A stretch of DNA of 63,494 nt, the filler included, from Folioceros fuciformis (Eukaryota), in assembly GCA_049999805.1 (NCBI GenBank). It is 6 parts of 6 records of this genome, joined end to end, with 100 filler letters (N's around TTAATTAATTAA, not from the genome) between each part and the next. Parts side by side here need not be neighbours in the genome. Positions count along the whole stretch, not along the records: positions 1 to 19,673 come from JBNGIO010003099.1; 5 more parts are not named here. One strand, written 5' to 3'. The translations under genes and the position numbers were made by a program. Shown piece by piece: positions 1-12,768 of the stretch. Numbering within the stretch: the first letter of the stretch is position 1; each line of letters opens with the position of its first letter. A model generated the notes under the pieces. That model had not been told where the DNA came from. It saw nothing but the letters and a program-made list of their open reading frames with translations, and searched no databases.

Positions 1-120
1 GACCAAGTCAGGTCCCGCACTTTTACTCTACCCCTAGGAGAAACGGGAGGAGGAAACAATGCCTAGATTCCGTATTTTACATAAATACGTTTATATTTAT
101 ATATATATATTTTATTATAA

Positions 121-280
121 TCTTTTCATTCTGATATATTTATTATTTTTTAAGTACTTTACTACGTACTTTATGGTCCATTTTAGGGTTTTGAGTATTA
201 TCTTTTCATGCTGATATATTTATTATTTATTAAGCACTTTACTATGTACTTTATGGTCCATTTTAGGGTTTTAAGTATAA
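121..280. repeat. 80-bp tandem duplication, AT-rich
   Basis: 121-200 and 201-280 are near-identical (tcttttcat.ctgatatatttattattt.ttaag.actttacta.gtactttatggtccattttagggtttt). Confidence 0.9.
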
Positions 281-2232
281 CAACATATTGAGAATAAATA
301 TACACGTAAAATTTGTGGTACCATACTTCACACGTTTCACAAATTTTACGTACCGAGGTAACTATGGTCAAGACTACATTTATTTTCTTTTATTATAGAT
401 AAAATATTCAAAATATAGAATTTATAAAAGAAATAACTACCATTGAAATCAATATATCAAATGAGGGTATCTTCTTGATCGATCAAGCTTGGCCAAAATA
501 GCCCAAGGCTTATATGTTTCTCTATCACAATGATGTACTTTTCAAATCTTGGCCAATGCACTTCCCTTTTTCACCCAATATGTTTAGCAATAGAGGGATG
601 TATGTGTCAATCTTGGCCAACATACTCCCCTTTACCACCCAACCTTATGAGGCCCATGTGTGGTACATTTACAACCATTTTCACCGTAAAATTACTATCA
701 TATCTACCACAGAAACCTATTCCCTTTAGACCTAGAAAAGGTCACAAGAGGACCATCATCAAGAAGAGTGTATAGATGCTCCATGACGAGAAAAACATCA
801 AAATGATCTAAAAGAATACAAAGCACAATAGAAATAGTTTAGGGTAGAAATGGATTTCTTAGGAAAAATATGGATTTCACTGAAATACCATCCTTGTTCC
901 TAGTTTTTGTGCATGTTTGTTGATCTAATTATAGTTTGTGAATTGTAATTGGCACTATCTGAATTTACTTACATAAGACGAGCAAAAGATGTAAAAGAGC
1001 ACATACCACACGACACTACACATTAATCATGATGATGTTGCAATTCTATTAAAAGTAAAGTATTAGCTTCCTTCATACACCATAAAATCTTCCATACTTC
1101 TTAAGGTTGTAACTTTTTCTTCTCAAATCCACAATCAGGTCCACAATCAGGTCATTTGGTCTTACGTACTATGCACATATACACGTCAATTGGATTTTTA
1201 ACAAGAGAATACCCTTGAAGGGAAAGTCTATTGGAAAGAATAAAACTTAACGGTGCAGCGAACAATGTTGAGTTAGACTTTTATGCCTGCTACGAGTCCT
1301 ATATTGTAATCATATCCACACATCTAGTTTTGAGTCTATGTTGCTGACTTTTTATTTTATTTTATTTTATTATGTTAACTAAATATTTTATTAATTATCA
1401 TAATGGTACGTATTAGCATAAATTAATTGTTATTTGCATCAGCACACGATCATGCTTGATAGGTGACGTAAGTAGCTATAGTGGTAGCTAGACCCTTTTT
1501 CGTTTTATACAATTATATCCTAGGTGACGTGGGTAGTTTTTAAGCTTAGCATCTTCAGGTTTAGAGTTCATCTATGGTGACCTAATTAGCTTTGCTAGTT
1601 TACCTCACCTCTATTGAGGTAAATACGATTTCCCCTTTCATTTCTAAATGAAAATTTATGTTTTAGCATCTTTGGGGAAAAAAATGTATCCTCAGCTTCA
1701 TTGCAACCTTAACATTTTTTTTTCTTTGAAAGCTATCAAAAGTAAAAACCCTCAAAAGTAAATTTTGAGAGTTATGTATATATAATTTGATATCTTTTTA
1801 CCTAGACTCAGTTCTAGTAGGATATGATGCAAATCTCATTCTGGAAGTTGATCTAAAAGAGTATCATGAGAATAAAGATATTATTATTTTTTAGATTTAA
1901 AATGTGGAACCCTCACAGTAAGTGAAGTTCCTCTTCGCAAAAGAAAATGGGATAGTCTTAGGGTTAACTAGTGAGGGAGAAAGGTTTATTTAATGAAATT
2001 TGCGAACTGGAATTACTACATGTTTCACAAAGACTTTATACATTGGTAATTGTGATGGACTTGACGATAACTTCTTTCTAAAAGACCTCGTAGTTTGATC
2101 AAATTAAAAACTAAATATACTTTACATACATGAATAAGACAAAAGTCTTAAACGAGGTCATTCTCAGTATGGGTGCAAAACGTGTCATACACTATCTTTC
2201 TAGTCAATTGTTGTTTCCTAAGTAGTCCATAG

Positions 2233-2740
2233 ATCCTTCCCGTAACCAATAATGTTGGGAAAATGTATTTGCCCTTTTCAAATGTAACTAGTTCATAACT
2301 CTTGACTTAGGTCCAGCTTTTAAAGTCTACAAATCCTTCCCGTAATCAATAATGTTTTAAAAATGTGTTTGCCATGACTAAACACAACCATGGTCATGGC
2401 ACTTGACTTAGGTCTAACTGTAAAGCCCACAATATGGAACTGGTGTAATATATAAATCCTCATTCATTTGTGTGGGGAGATAGATTTTTGTTTTTTTGGT
2501 GAAGCCTTAGTTTTGATGGTGTGAGGAGAACAAGCTTGTAACTCTTTGCTTGAAGCAATCTATCCTTTGTGGGTAGTAGGCTTAGTGGAATAGTCAGAGG
2601 AGCATCATGTTCCATACGCAAATCCTCCTTCATATGCATAGAAAGATAGATTTTCAACAATGATGTCTTAGTTTTGATGGTGCACGAAGAACAAGCTTGA
2701 AACTCTTTGCTGAGCAGCAATCCGTCCGTTGTGGGTGGTA
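2233..2740. repeat. Two degenerate local duplications (~100-bp and ~160-bp period)
   Basis: atccttcccgtaa.caataatgtt at ~2233 and ~2333; ttagttttgatggtg...gaacaagcttg.aactctttgct at ~2507 and ~2668. Confidence 0.75.
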
Positions 2741-3544
2741 CGCTTTGTCATGGCTTTTGCAGATGTGCTAATGAGGGAGCAGGGGGAGGAGCATCGTCCT
2801 CCGGTTGCCAGGGTTCTGTTCACCAGTTGTGGACCAAGTCCGGGCTCCACACCGATGCAAGTACATGGATTCTCGTGTGGTGTGTATGACAACTCATTAC
2901 TGACTGTGCCACCTGACCAGAAGAAACTTCAATATCCGACAGAGCGGGCGCAGGGGACGAAGCAGAAGGTGGCCGGCCGGTCTTGCAGAGGGAAAGCAAG
3001 GGTGATGAGCAAATATTGCTGGTTATAATTGCAGCAACAGGGAGTACAAAATGGTCGGCAACCTGCAACAAAAGAGGGCCATTTGGCACGAAATGTTAAC
3101 GCCGGCTTTTGAGTCCTTAGTCAAGTCTAAGTCGCAATGGCCTCTGGAAACCGCGGAATCTGAGCTAGTTATGTCTGGTCTAGTCGGGCGTGGACCCACT
3201 GCCGGCCTCGTTTATAAGCGGCGATCGTAGGATGTGGTCTTTGCACAATAGTCCACACTCGGCGACAGGACAGCGTCCCTGGACTCGCCGCTCACCACAT
3301 TCACGAATTCGCCTCCCGCCTCTTCGCACACGCTGGGACCTGCTTTCCGCCCATCTGTCTCCGTCTCTACAATCCTGGTGTGCCGTCGCCGTGAAGTTGG
3401 GATCTCGATCCGCCAGAGTTTCCATCGCATCTCCCCAATCAGCTGCTTACGCCCAACTGCAGCCCAGTCCAGTCCGGGGTCACCCAACTCTGTCCCTGAT
3501 CACCAGCATCCGGGCCTGCCAGGTTTGTGACATCGCGCAGGACG

Positions 3545-4222
3545 ATGGCGAGTCTCCGTCGCGGCGTGTGGCTGCCCCTGGCCATGGCGGTGCTGCTGCT
3601 GCTCCTCAGCGCGCCGTCGTCCACTCAGGCTCGTGTACTGGGACTTGGACGGTGGAGGAAACTGATTGGCCTGCCCAGCCGGAGTGTGACGACGTCGCTC
3701 ACCATTCAAGGATACGCCCATGTGCGGTTCGCGGGAGATAATGGAACGGAGGTGACGGTGGCCAGCCTGGGCGCGGCAGGCAGCATCGGATTCGGCAACG
3801 TGCTGGTGGCGGACGACCCGTTCCGGCAGAGCGATCAGGCCTCGTCGTCGCTGGTGGGTAGGATCAAGGGCATCGGCAGCTCCACCGACATCACGGGCGC
3901 AGGCAACAACACCTCGCTCTTCCTCACGTTCCTCATCGACTACAAGGGCGTGCAGGGCAGCCTCCAGGTGCAGGGCACCAGCATCCGCAGCAACCAGGTG
4001 CGGGAGTTCACCATCGTGGGCGGTACCGGCGCCTTCCGCCTCGTCTCAGGTCTGGCCAGCCAGCAGACCGTCGCCCAGGGCCCCGACCCCGCCGACAGCT
4101 CGGCCACCCTGCAGACCAACCAGTGGAATCTCACCTTGTACGACAACCCATTCGCCAACCGCGGATCTGACCTGTATCAGCTTTCTCTCAAGCTCGCCGA
4201 TTTGGTGGTTTCCTCCTCCTAG
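3545..4222 (+). CDS. DIR: Dirigent-family protein, intronless, secreted
   Basis: ATG at 3545; signal peptide (LAMAVLLLLLSAPSSTQA); dirigent motifs FGNVLVADDP, LVGRIKG, REFTIVGGTGAFRLVSG; TATA-like TTTATAAG at ~3211. Confidence 0.9.
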   Translation: MASLRRGVWLPLAMAVLLLLLSAPSSTQARVLGLGRWRKLIGLPSRSVTTSLTIQGYAHVRFAGDNGTEVTVASLGAAGSIGFGNVLVADDPFRQSDQASSSLVGRIKGIGSSTDITGAGNNTSLFLTFLIDYKGVQGSLQVQGTSIRSNQVREFTIVGGTGAFRLVSGLASQQTVAQGPDPADSSATLQTNQWNLTLYDNPFANRGSDLYQLSLKLADLVVSSS

Positions 4223-5147
4223 TTCATCGCACACGCCTAAGGCTGGAATCCGTGTCGGATGCACACCGATTCAGGACGATCTACAGGTGCCATCAAAGGC
4301 CTAGGATGTGATTCGTTTCAAACCAATGCTGAAACGGATCTCGCAGCTGATAAGGGAAACTGCAACCCGTATCTATCTGCCCATCGCCCACAAACGGGAT
4401 ACATTCTCAAAACTCACAACTGCACCGTCTGCATCCTGCTGAATGCCGCGAGCTCGGTTCTGCCTCTCGCAAGGCCTCATTTCTGCCTTCCCGGGAAGGC
4501 AACTTGTCATCTAAGCCTCCCTTGCTACGTGACGTTCGTGTCCCGAATGTGTCTAGAAGGACATCTGAATCGGTCACTGTAATACCCAGTGTGTGATTTA
4601 GATCTCTCAATTGAACGGTCCTGTTGATGGGACGTATCGAGAAATTGTGGCTACGGTGCCTGGGGCGCACTGCAGATTTAAAGAGAAGCGAAAACCCGGG
4701 GAGCTGTTGGTTATCCCGTTCTCTGGTCGGTGCCTCATCTCTCCGCGTCGAGGAGGATTTCGTTTCAGAATTTCGGACGCCTCCTTGGTTGTGTCGGGGC
4801 ATGTCCCAACGCGGATAGCGGGTACCGGTGCGTGTGGTTGGTTAGGTCGTGGGCAGCCCGGCCGTGAATGGAAAGGCCTCTGTTGGCTGTCTGTGAAAGG
4901 GCAGCGTCCCTCGAGCGAGCCCTTCGCGCTCTCCTGTCCCCACATACACGAGCAGCTCGGCCGTGCTTGCCTTCTTGCACTGTGCCTCGTCGATCGGATC
5001 ACCGACAAGCTGCAGCACGGCTGGTGATGGTTCAAACTTGCGGTAGGTCAGACGCCACGCTATGCCTCTCGTTATGTTTTTGTGTGTCGTTGCGGGCAAG
5101 AAATCGGTTGTTTCGCCTTGTTCTTATTGCTGGCCTAGCAAGTAGGC

Positions 5148-6221
5148 ATGGTGCTGGGAGAAGAAATGAGACAGACCCTCGCTCGCTGGGCGAAAATAGA
5201 AGGTAGAATCGGCAGTTTCTTTCCTGTGTGTGCATCAGTCAAGAGGAGGCCCCCGCTTGGTCGGGCTTTGCTCTGGGTTGTGTGGGGCGGTGTGCCTTTC
5301 TCTGCCCTCTTCCTTGCAGAAGCCTGGCTCACGTGTGTCCGGATGACTTTACCTGACCTGCTATAGCGCCCTTGCCCAGCTGCGTTGACTTGCATCCTAA
5401 GGCTGCTGCTGACGAAATTTGCAAGTGCAGGAATGGGCAGCTTTGGCTGGTGATGACGCTGGTGGCCACGATGCCCACGCTATCCATTGGGCAAGCGATG
5501 GAGTGAGACCGAGATTGGGCATCATGGAGTAAGGACTTCACTCACATATTTTTGTTTGGAAATTGGAAGCCCTCTTTTCATCTGCCCACACCAGCGCAGG
5601 TCGTGTCCACAGCTCACATCCTTATACAGGTATTATTAGGTTTCATCAGTGCCGCAAGTCACACGAGGTTTTTGCTAGGTCAAGCCGTAAGGAGTGTCGT
5701 ACGGCATCTGAGTCTGACCATGGTTTTCATGCAGTGTTCTGGAGAGGCGTATGATTGCTAAGCATGACGTTGATATTAAAGAGTACGCAGATCACTTCCT
5801 CTTTCTCTGTGACGTTCCAGGACTCAAGGCTGCAGATATCAAGGCAAGTCCAGATTCTTGGGTCATCAGAGTGGTAGGTTATCAGAAGCCTTGCTTGACC
5901 TAATCGGGCCCCCGGTCACTCTGGAAGCTCTGACTTACAAGGATGGTGCAAGTGCTGCAGGTTCGGATTCACAATGACAGCATACTGGTAATCAGGGGGG
6001 AGAGGCCAGAGAAGTCCGAAAGCTTGGAGATGAGGTTTATTCACAGGGGGCGTAGGGTTCCCCGGAGGCACTACATTAAGTACAACCTTTCCTCTGCATG
6101 CAACGTAGAGAAGGTGGACGCCGTACTCGAGTATGGCGTCCTGGCTGTCACCGTGCCTAAATTGCCACCTGAGCAAGTTCACACCCCTGTATGCCATGTT
6201 GTCAACGTCCAGGGAGCCTAG
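5148..6221 (+). CDS. Small heat-shock / alpha-crystallin-domain protein (multi-exon; 5' exons tentative)
   Basis: Exon 5735-5843 DVDIKEYADHFLFLCDVPGLKAADIK joins exon 5961-6221 VRIHNDSILVIRGER...VDAVLEYGVLAVTVPK, giving the Hsp20 domain; start at 5148 is a guess. Confidence 0.8.
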
Positions 6222-7248
6222 CAGGGAAAAGCCTCTCAGCTCACCCATCCCAAAAGCAGTGGCAAGCCAGGTACAGCACTTCCACTACCACCTATTACAA
6301 TGCCTGCGGCACACCTATTTTTTTGTAAGAAAGAACACCGCATAACAAAGATCCGAAGCAACCAGCCAATCCCATTGCAAATGGTCTCTGGGTTTCTCTG
6401 TGGCAAGGTGGATTCCGCAGAACACTGTTGCGTCTGGACCTTACGCACCCCGGTTGAAACCTTTCCTGCACGGCACCCAACACTGGTTCCTAGAAAATGT
6501 GGCTCACGCTTTCTATGCCTGAAGGCCCTGTGACATTCTCGCCCACTTTGTGATAACTGTCTCTTCTCGACCAGGCTACTCACACCTACCTGTCAATCCT
6601 ATCCTCATTCGTGACCTATTTCCATTCTCTCGCAACAGAACTTCATTGTCGTACCGCATTCCAGGTGTTTTTGAAATGCCTGGGCGTCACAGTCTGTCGA
6701 GCACAGGCGTGTGATCTTCGTTGATGTTCTGTAGGGTTAACCGTACCAAGCATGAACGGAGGAGTCAAAGACGTAGTACATGTCTACTGGGCCTAACGGA
6801 AATACACAAGTACCGGCGTTGAAGCGTGCAACACACCGTACTGAACCGCCAAAGAACCGAGTTACATTTGCACATTGACATGAAGATGTTCTGTGCCCCC
6901 GCAAATGTAAGGAGGACAAAGATGCCAAGCCAAGCTATCCATTGCGGTCGGAAAATGGTAGGTACATACGATGTCGGAACCTGCTAGCTGGCCAGTTACA
7001 GTTGAGACGAGAGTACGGTTCACCTTGAAAAGACAGTCCGATCGATCAGGCATCCTAAGGCTGACAGGATGCCAGACAGCCAGTACATGCCCTTCAATTA
7101 TTCGTGCCCAGTTCACATGCATTGTTGATCAGGCAGCGGTAGCTTTCCCAACTCTGGAGAGTTCTTTAAAACGCACTGGCCAGGAGTAGGGCTTGATAGG
7201 AGTCCTAAACACCTGTTTCCGCTCAGGCTATTCAGCTAGCATCGAGCC

Positions 7249-9417
7249 ATGACTGCATCACGAGATGAGCCTGTGTGGCCTAGCGACCAGGAGCTTTTAG
7301 CGGAAATTGAAGCTGTTAGCGAGGACTCAGCAACCGTCCAACACCAACTGCTGCAAGGCATCTTAGAGAAGCATGGCTCCTGCCAGTATCTGCAAAAACT
7401 GGGCTTGGATGAAAGGACTACATTGGAGACTTTCAAATCCAGGGTGCCCCTTTCTAAAGCTGCCGACTATCTTGACGATTTTGACAAGATTTTGGACGGG
7501 AACCGGGAGCCTCTTCTGTGCTGTTCCCCTCCTATCGCATTTTTCAGAAGGTTGACGGTTGTGCCATTGCTGCATAGACTTTTGTCATCCTTGACAGCTC
7601 CTCGCTGCAATTGCAGCTTGCCAACATTTTGACCACTGAGATGCGAAGTTGTATCGTGCTTCGAACTTGTGCAGTTCCGGGACTTCTGCTGGTAAATCGA
7701 AGTACTTCCCAGTGACCGAGGAATCCGCTCATGCTCAGGGCCTTCTACTGGCGCATCCATGGGCAATTAAGCGAAGGTATGTGACTGACCATCAACCCAT
7801 ATCCTCCTGCACCCTACGTGTAAGAATGTCTGCACCATTTGTAAGATAGTAAGCGCGCGTGTTGAATGTGCAGCTGCTTTCCCAGCAAACTACCTCCTGG
7901 AGTAGGGAGGGCTGGTTTGGTCCACACTGCAGGAAAGAGACAAGACACCAAAAGCGGTGCCAAGGCCAGCACAGTCGTGACAAGATGCCTCGATACCACC
8001 GAATTCGAGTACTTTCACAAGCATGTAGCCCATATCGCAAGCCCGATAGAAGTATTGCGAGCTGAGGATGTCCACCAAACAATGTATGGTCATCTCCTGT
8101 GTCTACTAGCTCAAGCCGATGTTGTCGAAAACATCGAGTCCGTCTTTGCGTACTCGATGGTGGAGATGTTCCGATCACTTGAGGCATGGTGGCCGAGCCT
8201 TTGTCATGACATCAAGACAGGAGAAGTGAACAAGGACACTGTTACTGATTCTGTGATCAGAGAAGCAATCCTGTCCACGGTGAGTACATTGTGATAGCCG
8301 CCGTCCCAAATTCCTTCACATTCAGGAGCCTTCGATCATTCAATTAGGAGACAGCTTCTGACCAGCAAGTTGTTCGAACTGCTAGGTGTTGCCCAAGCCG
8401 CTCCCAGATATCGCAAACCGTATTCAGCAGGAGCTTAAGAAGGAGCAGCGGAATGGAATCGTCCTGCGCCTCTTCCCCAACCTCCAATACCTATCTTGTA
8501 TCAGCACGGGTCCCATGAAACCATTCTCTACTGTTCTTGACCGCTACACAAGCAAGGACTTCCCAAAGTTGGCATTTGGTTACGGCTCCTCCGAAGCGGG
8601 CCATTGCGCCTTCCCACTCAAGAACACTCTCCATGATCCTGAACTCTTCTGCTTCTGGCCAAAGCACGCCTTCTACGAGTTTCTTCCAGTAGCACAGGAT
8701 GAAGCGAGGGCTGCAGATCTCGCTGGGGTGGCAGGGGCACTGGAGTATCGCGAGGAGCAGACGCCTGTGGAACTGACAGAAGTGAAGCTAGGCCAAAAGT
8801 ATGAGCTTCTTATCACCACGGCAGCAGGATTGTACCGTTACCGCACCGAAGACATCTTCCAGGTGACAGAGTTCCACAAGTCCCTCCCGATATTCAAGTT
8901 CGTCTGCCGCAAGGGAGTGATGCTGAGCATCAATACCGATAAGACTGACGAAGCTGAGCTGCAGATTGTGGTGTGCAAGACCGCGGAAAGGCTGGAACAA
9001 GTGCTTGATGTCTCTCTTGCAAATTATTCCAGCTTTGCTAACCATTTCGCTACTCCTGGCCATTATGTGATCTACTGGGAGCTGGAAAACGCGCCAGCGG
9101 CAAGCCCTCTTGATGCAGAGCAAGTTTTGCAGGAATGCTGTGACTTACTGGACTCCTTACTCAACGAACCTTACCGACGAGGACGTAGAAATGGATCCAT
9201 CGGCCCTCTGGAGCTAAAACTCGTCAAGCAGGGAACATTCGGCAACTTGAGAAACTATGCTGTGCAACGAGGATCCCATCTGTCACAGTACAAAATCCCT
9301 CGCTGCGTAGTTAACCCAGCCCTGTTGTCAATCCTGAATGAAGGGGTTGAACATTCCTTTCGGAGCTCCTTCAAGGCTTGGGAGAAAATTCAGAACCAAG
9401 GCCTGAAAGACTTTTAG
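7249..9417 (+). CDS. GH3: GH3 acyl-acid amido synthetase, 4 exons (7249-7550, 7675-7776, 7874-8279, 8386-9417)
   Basis: SSGTSAGKSK formed across intron 1, YGSSE, GLYRYR, PGHYVIYWEL, SIGPLEL, QYKIPRCV; GT-AG introns in consistent phase. Confidence 0.95.
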
Positions 9418-9659
9418 CCCTCAAAGGTCTAAGCAGTTTGGGTTTTGAACGGTTGTTTTCTTGTAACAAGATAAATAAATAAATAAAATTACAACTATTT
9501 TCCTTTATCATATTTTAAATCATTTTTTTGCCTACTCGTATAGGTAGATAACAAACTATTTTGGGAAGGAGACCAAGAGAAGGAATTTCTATGCGAGATT
9601 CACAGTTCTTTAATAAGGCTACCATATGAACTATGGAATACCATACAATCAATCTTGCT

Positions 9660-10550
9660 CACAAAGTTTAGGGCCATCACAAAGAGCCAGGAAATGGACA
9701 TCATAGGGTTTCATGGAAAGTTCCATGGAAAGTGCATCACTCAGCATCATAAACAAATCGAACATAGAGTAAGAAACAACATGAGGGTTCCCATAGAAGT
9801 TACAACTACAGCATCCTAAACAAAGCCAACAAAGTTCGCATAGAAGTTACAACTACAACATCCTAAACAAAACTAACAAAGATCAACATCTTTAGTTCTG
9901 CAATAAAGCATCCATATCCTCGCAGCATTATCTTTCATTGCAACTTTCTCATATGCATAGTGTACCTTTCAGCTTTCTCATATCCATAGTGTACTAATTC
10001 AATAGACCAATGACAAGTTTAGGGCTATCATAAAGAGCTAACGAAATGACAATCAGCATTGTTCCATCAAAAGTACATCCTTTAGCATCCTAAATAAATT
10101 GAACACATAGCATGAACCAACACCAAGGTTTGCACAAAAGTTGCACCTATAGTGTCCTAAAGAAAACCAAGAAAGATCAACATCTCTAGTGTTGCAACAA
10201 CACATCAAATGTTTCAATGCCTTTTGGCCATGTCTTTCAATGCAGCTTTCTCCAACACATAGTGTTCAAATTTAGCGCACCAATGATAAGTTTAAGCGCA
10301 CCATAAAATGCCTAGGACAAAACAAACAACAGGATTCCTTTAAAAAACCATCTATAGCATTCTAAACAAATTTAACAAATAGCAAGGAACAACACCAAGG
10401 TTCATACAAAAGTTGCACCTACAGCATCCTAGACAAACCCAACAGAGATCAACATCTCTAGTGTTGCAACAATGCATCAAAAATTCTGTAGTGTCATGGT
10501 CATGTCTTTCAATGCAACTTTCTAGGACACATAGTGTTCCAATTTAGCAC
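9660..10550. repeat. Three degenerate copies of a ~270-350-bp unit
   Basis: Recurring aagttta.g..c.a.ca.aaa (~9664, 10015, 10288) and agatcaacatct.tag (~9880, 10174, 10446). Confidence 0.75.
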
Positions 10551-10989
10551 TGGGGGAGGTGATGACTCTTACCACTAAAAAAATGGTATCCTAGAAAATT
10601 CTAACCTTAAACCTAAAAAATTATTATGTAACATAGGGTTGTGGGTTGTGTCTAAAAGGAACTAGTGACATATTTTCCACTTAAAGGCATGTAATTAATC
10701 TTTACCAACTCATTCTCAATAATAAGTCATGCAATTGTATAAACAGTTATGTCATGTCGTTAAAACTTTACCATTAAGCGCTTTAACCGACAAATCACCA
10801 CAAGGATGGGAACCTACAAAATTGAGTTTTTATGCTCAAGAAAAAAAAATAACCCCCAATGTATAGTCTTGGGTACAAAAAAGCTTGTGAGTCTGAAATG
10901 TAATCATCTACTAGATTTTAATATTTACTTGTTCAATTTAAGAGAACCCTTGACCACTAGCAAATGTATAACCCCTCCTGTTAAATAAC

Positions 10990-11230
10990 AATGGTGATAC
11001 GGCGATGGTGAGCGTAGAGCAGTGGTGATACGGCGATGGTGAGTGTAGGGCAGTGGTGACGGAGAGTAGGGCAGTGGTGATACGGCAATAGTGAGCGTAG
11101 GGCAGTGGTGATGGAGAGTAGGACCGTGGTGATGAACATGGAGCGTAGGGTGGTGGTATCGCATAGGTGTGATGGAGAGTAGGGCGGTGGTGATGAATGT
11201 GGAGCGTAGGGTGGTGGTATGGCATAGGTG
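10990..11230. repeat. G-rich minisatellite (~20-30-bp units, GGTGAT.CGGCGATGGTGAGCGTAGGGCAGT)
   Basis: Directly visible repeats; they produce the spurious His/Pro-rich minus-strand ORFs. Confidence 0.85.
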
Positions 11231-11263
11231 TGTGTGCAACTTTGCTATGCCATTATGCGGCTA

Positions 11264-11960
11264 TGGGCCTAGGGTTTCTAAGAGATGCTCTTTAGGGGTA
11301 TGGGCCTAGGGTTTCTAAGAGGTGCTCTTTGGAGGAAGAGTTTGGACGATGAAAAGTCATGTAGGGCAAGGCCTTGTTCATTAGGGCTTTGGTTGTGTGT
11401 TTGTGTCCAAGTGAGGAAGGTACCGAAAAATGGTATATTGATATGGTGGAGCAAGCAAGTAAGGTTTAGGGTTTAGTGGTAGGGCAAAGCGGAATTTTAG
11501 TAAAATGACATAGCATAATGATATTAGGGTTTAGTAGCATGGCAGAGCAACAAGGGTTACAGTTTACAAGCATAGCAGCGGCAGAATGGATTTAGGGCAT
11601 GGCGGGGGAGAATGGCTGTAGGGCTTAGGGGCATTTACAAGCATGGCAGCAGTAGAATGGATTTAGGGCATGGCAGGGGAGAATGGATGTAGGGTTTAGG
11701 GGCATTGCGGAGAAAAATAGGTTTAGGGTTTAATGACATGATGGAGTAGAATAGTTTTAGTGCATTGCAGAGTGGAGTGGGTTTAGGGTGTAGGGACATG
11801 GTGGAGAAAAATGGATTAGGGTTTTTATCAGCATTATGGAGCAAAAATGGGTTTAGGGTTTAGTGACATGGCAGAGCTGAACAGGTTTAGGGTTTAGTGA
11901 AAAGATGGAGAAAAGTGGGTTTAGGGTTTTATAAACATTGTGGAGCAAAATAGGTCTAAG
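11264..11960 (+). repeat. Degenerate satellite rich in the plant telomere motif TTTAGGG
   Basis: Many TTTAGGG / GGTTTAGGGTTTAG words embedded in ~40-60-bp higher-order units. Confidence 0.7.
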
Positions 11961-12075
11961 GTTGAGCGGCTCAGAGTGGAGCTTATGGAAGGCATTATAG
12001 AGTTATGGGTTACAATGAGGAGTACAATTGTTTGGTTGTGATCATTTTACAAGACTTTCTACACGCCTCTATCAC

Positions 12076-12768
12076 ATGGCGCGTGACACCCAGCCTTTAC
12101 CTGTCAAGGACACCCCTTGCCCAATGTGTTCTCAACTTTGCTTCGGGGTTAAGGGGGTGAAATGCCATATTGGTCACAAGCATAAAGACTTCGATAGGAC
12201 CACTTGGGTGACACAAGTGCGACTTGCTTCTTCCTTCAAACCAAGTGCCAATCCTCTTCTAACAGATCCTCTGGGGTAGTCCCCGGAGGCTTGGTTGTGG
12301 CTTTGAGGGCAATCTGATCACTTGTTGGCTCTTTTCCATGCTCGTTTTCTATGTCCTCGCCTCTTTCGACGTCTTCCTAGGCGCCTACATATTGATATTC
12401 GCCTTGCTTATCGTCTTCCCTTGGATCGCCTTGCTCGGGACCCGAGGGATGACGGTGCTTGGATTTTGTTCCTTTCCCTGCCTAGATGGTGCCTTCGGCG
12501 CTCTAAGGGTGGTCAGTCAGGTCATAGGGAGGTGGCCTCTCGACTTCGCCGTTTTCGATCCGGAGATTGGCCAGCTCTTTAGGAGGAGGATTTACTAGCA
12601 GCAAAATCTCGATTGGAGTCAGCTAAGGTTGACAAGGTGTGCCATGACCCATTTAAAGCGCGTCTCAAGCGGTGTCTTATGTTGGGTAGGGATGGTAAAT
12701 ATGCTCGGGCTGCTAGAGCATTGCGCCCAGAGCCGGCTGCATCTGCAACTGAGGACACCATTGCTGCA
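12076..12768 (+). mobile_element. 5' fragment of a non-LTR retrotransposon, CRE-like clade, decayed
   Basis: One reading frame with in-frame stops: C2H2 finger (CPMC...HIGHKH), then AWILFLSLPRWCL..GG..GHREV..RL.RF..GDW..L and RCLMLGRDGKYARAARAL, resembling the pre-RT region of CRE-like elements; cut off at 12768. Confidence 0.6.

Noticed and set aside
281-2200. Possible decayed transposase in the AT-rich opening region
   Set aside because: No motif could be recognised in the frames I examined.
3545-9417. Dirigent + sHSP + GH3 as a biosynthetic gene cluster
   Set aside because: No scaffold-forming enzyme or shared pathway logic; co-orientation alone is insufficient.
10925-11239. His/Pro-rich extensin-like ORFs
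   Set aside because: Translation of a minisatellite; no signal peptide or gene structure.
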